From Trichinella spiralis (Eukaryota): DNA of 64,000 nt. Below are positions 31,101-40,974 of the stretch, piece by piece. The position numbers and the translations under genes are program-made. The notes under the pieces are model-generated. The model had not been told where the DNA came from. It ran no database searches and saw nothing but the letters and a program-made list of their open reading frames with translations. Position 1 is the stretch's first letter. Each line of letters opens with the position of its first letter. Location of the stretch: the NCBI RefSeq assembly GCF_000181795.1, contig NW_003526948.1, positions 2,476,331 to 2,540,330 on the forward strand, in the 5' to 3' direction.

Positions 31101-34100
31101 TGTGAGAAAGGCATATAAAATGGAGATGGACAGCGAATATGTGAAATATCAAATGATATAGAAAGAGGAAAATTTATTATTATTGCGTTATTTTTTCTTT
31201 TGTTCGATTAAAACGGTTATTTTGTCAAATCGATACGTGTGATAAAATAATAAATTCAAATTCTCAAAGTGATTCTACAATCAGACAAAAGACTTTAATT
31301 AAGAATGCAATGTCTTTGACAGCTGTTCAACGGTTTTCAGTCGATTGGACTCTTTTGAAGAATATGACAGAGTCACGAAATAGCATTGCATAATAATTAA
31401 AATAGCTTTCACATTTTTCAGGGGTGAAAAGTTTGCCAACACAAAATTTCACAAACAAACACACACTTTACACTGCACAATTGCACATAAAAAAATTAAA
31501 ATTATTTAACAGAAAAAAAAGAAGAAAATAGCATCGTGCATGCAAATGAAACGATACAACACATATGGGCTGGGATATTGTTTTCTACGTCAACACTGAA
31601 AAGCTGCATTCTCTTCATGATAATAAATTTATTTTTTTTTCTTCTTGCAACAAATAAATAAAATTTATATGTGAACGGAGAAAAAGAAAGTAAACCCCAA
31701 ATTTGTCCAAATTTCAGGATGTTGAAGTTAGTGAATGAATGGGACATTAAAATGGGCAATTTTACGCAAGAATAATTCACATTTGACCACATTTTTAAGC
31801 TTCCTCAGCAAGCAATTAACATAATTGATTATAAGAATATGACAATTTAAGTTTCAATAAGATCAATTTCTCAGCTGAAGGATTACGTAATCTCAGCTAG
31901 GCAAATAGATGATTCGGTGAAATATTGTTAAAAATTTATTTTTACTTAAACAAAACGGCAAGATCAATATTTTCAAAAAGTGTAAAGACAATTTTTCAAC
32001 AATAACAGCAATAATAATAATAATAATACGCTGATAATAATAAATCGCAATTTGCATGGTTTTGCAAAAGTAGAAGTTCCAAGAAAAAGAACAAACAATT
32101 CAATCACTGGCAATGCTCACGCATTCAAACCGACCATCTCCTACTTATCCCAATTGTAGATGTTGTTTTTTGTTTCTTTGAAAACGCTTCTGCATTTATA
32201 AAATGTATTTTTTAATTATTTATAAATCGCCAATGCGGAAGTTGTGCAAAACTACAGTAAAGTTTAATTAAACCGACGTTTGTCGCTAGTATAATTCATT
32301 GAATTAAGAAAAGATCAAATCAAAACTTACAAAACCGTGATAATTTTATGAAAATGAAATTTGGTCAAAATTTACGCATATCCTAATATATATATATATA
32401 TATATACGCATGTGGTGATGCTTGAGAAAATTCAATTTAAGTGTCATTGCACAGCCAAGCCAATGAAAAAAAGAATGATGCAAAATACCTTGGATAATGG
32501 AAATTATTATGTTTGTAAAAATGATCTTACAAATGAAAAATCAAATCCAAATTTTCGCCACATCAAAATGGCAAATAAGCAAAGGATCGATTCGCGTCAG
32601 TTTACATTGCAAATATGACAAATTAACTGATTTCATAATTTTACAATAATAAGCAAACAGTGAACAGAGCATTTGATGAGAACAAGTGAAGATTTTTTTT
32701 TGTTTTTCTTCTTAATTTCATTTTATCATTGTGTCAAATTGCACTTGCAGAATATTTATTTGATCACCCGATTATTAACAGCTGCTGTAGTGCATGCGAT
32801 GAGTGTGCTGTTGGAGAATTTTTGAAAAATTAAAATGAGCAAATTTGACTGGCAAGAAGAGTTGGTTGGATGTCATTTTTATTGTGCCAGTGACTGCAGT
32901 TAAAAATAGAATCAATAAGCGAAATTAATGACAGAAATAATCTCATTCTTTTTACAGTACAAGCATTCACTTGTACCGTTCGAAAATGCACATTTTATCC
33001 AAATGAAAATGCAAATCAATTCACCTAGGCATTGTTCGACAACAAGCTGTCAACAAATGGAAATAAATCAGAATAATTTCTTAAAAAGAATACATATATT
33101 TTCGAAAATTGATGCAAATGATAATAAATAATCGACACCATCACCAACCAAGCTCAAGTGACTATTCGATATTTAAATTCCAACCTCTTGATTTGATAAG
33201 ATTATTAATTTTTGAATTATTAACTGAGCTATTAAGAAAGAACAAGTAAATTCAAAAATACAATTTCAACCTATCGGTAAAAATTACAAAAATTTCAACT
33301 CCTATATTGCTTGCTCATGTTGTTCATTAAGCAAAAAATTAACTAACTAAATAATTTTGCAAAATAATACAATTATGAAAAAAATTATAAAATAATAAAC
33401 GATTGAATTGTTTTTTTGAGATAAAATGAAAAACATTTCTACAGTACATTTTATTTTCTGCACCACCTTCATTCGATCAATTGAAATAAGAATCGAATTA
33501 TTGAACAAAACACTTGAAATGAAATATTTGAAGCATGGATAGGTTTAATAAATGAAAATTAATTAATTTATCAACAGCCTTATCAACATCCGCACCACTT
33601 TGATCAGTACAGTTGACATGATTTGTTTGTAGATTGACAGGCATTTTTTAATTCAATTTCTTCACACTTCTACTCAATTAATTGCAAGTGGAAAAATTTA
33701 TTATCGTTCCTTTGATTCTTGATTAATTTTTTTAATAAAAAATAAAATAATAAGCAAAAATAGAAGACTGTGATCGCGCATCATTTGCAAAAAAGATCAT
33801 TTTTGCGGTAAATTATGAAACAAGCTAATTGCATAATGATAATGATAACAATAATAATAATAATAATATTCTTGAAAATATTGCCTTACAAATGAAATTA
33901 GGGCAATCATCAGTTGAAATACAGTGGAGCATGTTTGTAAAATGCTTCAGGTGATAATTGAAAATATTATTTAAATTTCTATTCAGTTATTACTTTTTCA
34001 AAAAGGGAACAACATGCATGAAGAATGAATATTAAAATTTATCTTGGAAATGCACATTTGCCTTTGGGAAAATGTAGTTGAAGAAGGGAAAAAGTGCAAT

Positions 34101-36755
34101 ATAGATAGAAAAGCTTTATTGGAAAAAATCTTACATTGTGCAGCAGATGAATTTTTCAAAAATAATTCATATTTCAACAGAAAAGAAATTGTAAATGCAA
34201 TACAACTAACTAACTGCTAACAATAATAATCTGATAAGATGTGGTCATCAAATGGAAGAAAAAGTTCTATTTTTATGCCCATGCTGGTCATGTCTGTAGC
34301 CAATCGACGAACCTTGTTGGTTCAATAAAAGTTCTTTTTAGCCTCCTCAACTTGAACATTGAAACATTAAATGAAAACACTATTGACTTTCAATTTCGTT
34401 TGCTTTCTCTTGTTGTGCTTTACACCATTCAAATAAACAACAAAATTGCAAAATCACCAACTATATATATATATATGCATTATTGTTAAATTTTGCAATT
34501 TTTGCATAACTACAAAAACAACACCAGTAAAAAGAAGAACTTATTATAGGCAAATATAATATTGCAATGCTTGTGAAATGTCTCAACTTGATTCAACCAG
34601 CCTTTATGCAAAACTATCACACACACACACAATGAATGCTATTTCTTTTTTCCGAATAAATTACAAATTCAACTCTCACTTGCTATAATGTCTCAAATTA
34701 TATTGATACTTCATTTTTCATAAAAGTGCAATGAATGGTATGAAGAAAAAAATAAAGTAACTAAAATATTATTGACACAAATCAAAAAGAAAGTTGCGAA
34801 AATATATTTTGCTACATCTTATAGAAATATTTTTCTGTATTTTTCTTATGAAGAAATTGTACAAATGGAAATTGCCAAATTGCAAAAATATCATTAAAAA
34901 AACCCTATTATTATTATCATTATCATTATTGATTGATTATAGTTCATTTGATAAGTACTTATATTTCGTTGAGAATAATTATCATATTCTGAAACAATTT
35001 CAAAAGAGAACACATATCACATGTGGAAATAAATAATGGGGGAAAAAATAGCTCTTTTCTAAACATTTCCATTCTACAATCAAATGCAATCAACACTAGC
35101 AAATGTTACAAAATATGCTTATCAAATTGTAAAGCATTTTTTGAACGAGAAAATTTTTAGCATACAAAATTGGAATAGTTTTTTGTTCTTTTTTATCTCT
35201 TTTCTTCAACAAAACTTTTCAAAACCATGACAACGTAAAATAATTTAAAGTAGAAAAATAGAAATATAAATACGTATGTATTTAGCAAAAATTGGAAAAA
35301 TTCATTTTTCAATAAATCTACAACTTTACAAATACAGCAAAACCGCGAATATCGAATTTACGCAAATACTTGCCGCTTCTATTCATACACCCCTCCCCAT
35401 CCCGATGCTTTATATTCCTACGCAATTGTCTGAAATATCTGCAAGAACCGTCTATTGTGATGGGATCATGTGGATGTGAATCATGGGACCGGTGCTGCCA
35501 TAAGCCAACTTCCCGTTCACAGCGCTTCCTTTCCGTTCACCGTAAGTATATATCTTAATATTATTAGTAGCGCAGTTATTCAGCCTCCCAATTTGTTTAA
35601 GTCGTTATCAGTACTGTTATGGTGTGGAACCTCATAAGCGGAAACAACCCTGCACTGAACCTGCAGATCCAAAGCATGCATACACACTAGGGTCGAAAAA
35701 CGTATCAGATTATCTATTAGCACAGATTTATATGATTTTAACGGCGTTTGAAATCCGCGAATATTAAAGGCAGACTGTAGAACACACAGTATATTGAAAT
35801 TTATGCCCATAGAATTCGATCAATAATGTTGCAATTTTGAAAATATCTTATTCAAATGGTTAACAGTTCATTTTTTTCAATTCTATTTCAAACCTGATTT
35901 GACCAAAACCCGAATTGCATTTTCACAATTGTCCGGCATTATTTAAATAGAATTAATTATTTTAAAATCTTAAAGGCAAAATTTTTATCGAATGAGAATA
36001 TTTCAATTATAAAACAAACGTTGAAGCGGTTTTAAAAATGATTAATTATTACCAATTGTTGCAGGTAAAAATGGAGAAAAATTGCTGGGACAAATTTCCG
36101 CTAACAGAATCAAACGTAAAAGTGAGTATTTTTTGCCGAAGGCGAACGAATCGAGCGAATGAATGAATAATCTCCACTGTACCGATTTGAGCACCGCGAC
36201 TTTTAAATTTGTTGTTTTGCATATGTGAATTTTAACGACGACAATTTTCCACCATAATTGTAATATTAATCACACAGGGCAGTTCAACATCCCGACCGTG
36301 GAAGCTTAAGTGGCATTGTTCACGATTGGTGACAATTAGCTAAATAAATAAGTTTGTCGACAATCGGCAGGCGGGCGCGAATCAATCAAATAACGCGAAA
36401 GTGAAAAAAAAAGATCGACAACCATTTGATAAAATGAATAGATGCTTCGGTAGTCAGTTCCACAGCCTCACCAGACTTAATTACAGAGCCAGAAAAATGT
36501 CGAAGAAGAAACTTGTCGAAATAAGCGGTGGTAAAACTTGAGCACTTTATTTCAAACCGGATATGTTTTATCAAGTGATAAAATGAAAAGTATCGACTTG
36601 AACAAGTAAGTGGTGATCAATAAATATTATTCCCAGAATAGAGCATAATAATATCAGTAATAGAAGTTTTCAAATTATATAAAAAAATATTTAAGAAATT
36701 TGAAAATTATAAACAAGAAGAAGAAGAAGAAAATAAAAAAACTGAGATCACTTAC

Positions 36756-36771
36756 CATTGGACGACAACAT
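36756..36771 (-). other. Candidate first coding mini-exon (MLSSN+G) of a gene whose intron runs leftward into the non-coding region
   Basis: ATG 36771 followed by the consensus donor AATG|GTAAGTG, at the end of a GC-richer ~250-nt block (36756-37000) that lies downstream of a GC island. Confidence 0.35.
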
Positions 36772-37679
36772 AACATTGGAAGACGAACTTCGAATGTGAA
36801 AGTAGCAATTTTGGTAGATAAGAACGGCCAGTTTTTTGGAAATGGGCTTCAATTCGACCACACCATGTAGCAAATATTTGAAATGACCACAACGACGGAA
36901 TGATTTTTTGGTTCAGAACATTTTCCCACGCGTGCGCAACAACTTCGAACGGCGCACAAGTAGAAATGGGACGATTACAGAATGGTGATGACGTGTCAAC
37001 ATGACATTTGAAATGAAATCAAACTCAAAACTGTACGAGTACGTTAGTAATTCAAAGAATTTAAAATTGATAAAAAAATTTTTTTTACTTTATAAATTTT
37101 AAATAATAACTTTTCAGTTGTTCTTTCGCAACAGAAGGTAAATCAATTGGAAATTTTGAAAATTAAATTGATTTGAAAATTTGTATTACAGTAAACATTG
37201 TAAAGTAGGTAGTTATGAGGAAGTGTGCTAGATTTGTGTCATTGTTTGTTGTTCAGTGGAAAAGTTTAGAAATGGTAGAATTCGATTCAAGGGTTGAACA
37301 TTGGGCGAGAATGATTCGAATTGAACAGTGGGATGGATGAAAAGTAGAAACGTGCAAGCGAAAATAATAAATAATGCGTAGGCAAGTTGGAAAAGATGAA
37401 TAAATTGAATTGAAGAAGATTCAGATTAAAAAATAATAATTATTATTATTTATAATTGAAAAAATATGCAAAGTAATATTTTAGAATAAAGTTTAGTTGA
37501 AAAAAACAAAAACCCGCGAAAATGTTGCATTTTTTCATGTTAAATCATTCATCACGAATTGGTTGTAATTAATTATTTTTTCGACAAAAAAGTAATAAGA
37601 AAAAAGCCGACTAGTGTTTTTTTTCTCGGTCCATTCGTGAGAATAAATTCGCACTTGCTTTTCATTAAATTTTATTTTT

Positions 37680-37780
37680 CGGCGCCCGCCGCGCGTCCAT
37701 TCCGTTCGGCGCGATGCGCGCAGCGCCGAACAGTTTCGAGTTTTTCCAACCGAGTCGGCTGGCTGCCGGTGGGCAGTGAT
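37680..37780. promoter_or_regulatory. Short CpG-rich island, candidate promoter
   Basis: Very GC/CpG-rich 100 bp in AT-rich DNA, ~700 bp upstream of the candidate minus-strand first exon; contains a perfect 9-bp inverted repeat. Confidence 0.4.
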
Positions 37781-38738
37781 AGTTTGGTAGTAAAATTTTG
37801 ATTTTATTTCATTTGATTTTTCTTTTACTGTCATGCTTTCTGATTATTTTTAACAAATTTGTCAATTTGTTGTTATTTCGATTTATTGGTACAACAAATC
37901 AATGATGACGATGATGATGATGATGATTCACCACCGATCTCACGAGCGAAATAAAAATTGGGGAGGGGAAATCAAAAGAGAAGAAAAAAACAAACAAAAA
38001 ACAAAATCCGTCTCACAGTTGAGAACAGACAAATTGACAAACAGACCAACCGGACAAAAATGAAATACTGGGGGAAGGGTGGGGGGGGCTTGAAAGCTAA
38101 AAAATAAAAAATAAAAACCCAACGCAAAAAATACTGCTACTGTTGATGATGAAATGCTTAGATTTGAGAAAAGGAAAAAATCAAAAATGCGCATAAATTT
38201 GTTGTTGTTGTTGAGAATTAACCGGTATCGCATCGCACAGCAGTCAGTCTGATCTGATAATACGATTATTTTCGTTCGGATTTTCCATTGATTTTTTGTT
38301 CAAATTCCTGAAACAAAACAACATTAATTTATTAATATGTATAAAAAAGTACAAAAATAGATTCGTGTTTTTGTTTTTTTCAATTTTTCATGTTATACAA
38401 AAAATAGTGAAATAAATTATGAATGGAAAAATTCGACTAACTTCAACGAAAGAAAGGAATTTGTCGTCGCACAAATGGTTGAATTCTTGCAACACGTCAT
38501 CACGAACGGTCAAAAAACATTGGTCATCGAGTGAAACTGAAACAGCAAAAAAAACATTTCCGTTGATGAGTCAAAGCAAAAATAGCACTAAACAAGTAGC
38601 AGGAAAAAAAACAAATGGACACAACCCATGCACACACACACACACATTGTGTTTGTTGAGAAGCTGTATTTGGCTCATTCAAATCACTGATGGCCCGCCC
38701 TACTCTGTGACCAACAAACAATGGAATATTTAAATTTA

Positions 38739-39166
38739 TTAATTAGATTTACTTGTCAACTGGTCGTTCTCTTGTCCATTCTGAACAAATTGCATCATGC
38801 TGTCGGTAAGGACATCTGAATGGAAAATGAAAATTAATATTCAAAATTTCACTCGTCGAAACTGAACTATACCGGACAAGTGTTCGGACGAATTCAGTTC
38901 AGAAATTATATCCTTGGCCGTGCCAAGTTGGCAGTTGTCGTCTTCGTCCGAATTCAATTCTGAAATCACATCGTCGGCCGTGATTTCGCTGAACTCGATC
39001 ATACCACTGGTGATTTGTTCTGAAATTATGAAAAAAAAATACAATAATAATAATATTATTATTCTTATTATATATTTATTTAAAATGATACTCAACTGAA
39101 TAGAGCATAACTTTCGTCCGATTGAACAATATCCGACAGTTCGTCGGTATCTTGCGAACGATCCAT
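38739..39166 (-). CDS. Small acidic orphan protein (~97 aa, 3 coding exons; both ends uncertain)
   Basis: Phase-compatible exons 39166-39097, 39019-38873 and 38815-38739 with GT-AG introns (TTCAG acceptors) give MDRSQDTDELSDIVQSDESYALFKQITSGMIEFSEITADDVISELNSDEDDNCQLGTAKDIISELNSSEHLSDVLTDSMMQFVQNGQENDQLTSKSN*. Exons are GC-richer than the AAT-repeat introns. Confidence 0.6.
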
Positions 39167-39612
39167 GAATACAATCGTAATTCTGTTGATACAGTCTACA
39201 AGAAAAATTGAACTTGAAAAAATAAAATTTAACAAAACAACATCCATCAAGCGAACAATGATAATAATAATAATAATAACAAAAAACAAGCAACATTCAC
39301 CACAGCCACTGAGCGGCTACTGCAGCCACTGAAAACAGTACGAGTGAATCGGCCGCTGCGTGTCGAAACGCTCTTCTGTATTGGTGATGTTCAAGTCTTG
39401 TTTCGACCAATCAAATTCGTCGTACGTGATGACGTAACTAAATTTGAAAAAAAAGTATCATTATTATTAAATGTAATTGTCGACCATTAAATGTATCGAC
39501 CGACCACCAACGGACGGCAATCCGACAAATTTGAATTTTGCATTGTTATTTTTCAAATTACACCTGTAAACTGTAAAATTTGAAATAAAAAAAAATACTT
39601 TGAAAATTAATC

Positions 39613-39615
<3 letters not shown>

Positions 39616-39662
<47 letters not shown>

Positions 39663-39663
39663 G
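39616..39663. repeat. (TA)n then (GTAT)n microsatellite
   Basis: Directly visible. Confidence 0.95.
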
Positions 39664-40047
39664 CTTTTTGGTGATTTTGGTGAATTCGGAGAACAAGTGC
39701 GCGGGAAATGAAGCAGCGAAATGGGAAATTTTGTGAACCAAAAGAAAGAAATAAAGAAAGGAAACAAAATTACCTATTTTCGCGAGCAATTTCAAAAAAT
39801 AACAACTACTGCTACAGTAGGCAACGTTTTTCAGGACCGAAGGGGGAAAAAAGGAAAATAATTTGCATTTTTTACAGTAGTTTTTTAAATTAAATTTTTT
39901 CTCTTCTCTTTTCTGTCTGTTGAGATGATAAAAAAACAAAGTATCATTTTTCAATAGACAACGGACGTTTTTCAATTGTTTTATAAATATAAATTTGAGA
40001 AAAAATATGTTGGTTAAAAGCTCGAAACAACCGTGCTTCAGCCGGAT

Positions 40048-40051
<4 letters not shown>

Positions 40052-40089
<38 letters not shown>
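40052..40089. repeat. (TC)n microsatellite
   Basis: Directly visible, 19 units. Confidence 0.95.
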
Positions 40090-40092
<3 letters not shown>

Positions 40093-40117
40093 GAACAACA
40101 GGGTTTTAATTTTAATT

Positions 40118-40123
40118 TTTATT
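40118..40123 (-). terminator. Candidate polyadenylation signal AATAAA for CNOT1
   Basis: First AATAAA I found on the minus strand downstream of the CNOT1 stop (~850 nt 3' UTR). Confidence 0.35.
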
Positions 40124-40974
40124 ATGCTGAAAATGAACAAAAAAAGAAAACAATGCATGAAAAAAATTTTTCAACTTTTTTGTTTGTAGAAAAGAAAAAG
40201 CAGAAAAGTTAGATAGACAGAGAGGAAAAGTCTAGTATTTTCATTCAGTCGGTCAGTTTCAAGCCAACTGTGGCATGAAAAGTCGGGTAAAATGAAAAAT
40301 AATAAATAAATATAAATTTACAATATTTTCTCATACAATATAAATATATACGACAGCATCTTGTAACCGTTTCACACATGGACGGGGAAATGTTGGCAGT
40401 TGCAACGCCCGAGTTGCTTGTTTCGGCTGTACAGAAAATGGAACAGAATAAGAATATTGTTGTCCAAATCGTCTTCGTCATCATTTGTTCTTCAAAAAAC
40501 TAATAAACAATAATAATAATAATAATAATAATAACTGCAATTACATTACTGCAATAAAGAAAAAACCGTAAACGTACACAAAAATACACAGAATGAAAAA
40601 TGAAAGAAAAAGGGGAAAAATAGAAAACGTTGGAAAATAAATACGAGTTGTACTCGCGACGTAATAATGAAACAGCTAAATATAATACACATTTTGTAAT
40701 AAACCAACAACAACAACAACAAAACAACAAAACGACGACAACAACAACATTAACAACAACCGTTTTCTCGTTTTGTTTAACATTATAAAACAACGTTTGT
40801 TATGTTGTGAAAAATTCATCTCGGCAAGCATACACAGTAAGATTAAATGTTATATAAAGACAAAAATATTATATACTCTCTACATTTCCTGAAATGCCAG
40901 TATGCTTACGTATAGATATAGATTAGATAGATTGTATCTTTTTCTAACCTCTTCAAATTTTCAGATGTACAATT

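Noticed and set aside
253..35036. Dozens of 60-116 aa ORFs in the track
   Set aside because: F/I/K/L/N-rich translations of AT-rich DNA and microsatellites, many with non-ATG starts, and no recognisable domains.
39607..40158. 183-aa minus-strand ORF with an ER repeat
   Set aside because: Built from (GA)n and (TA)n microsatellites and T-rich UTR or intergenic sequence.
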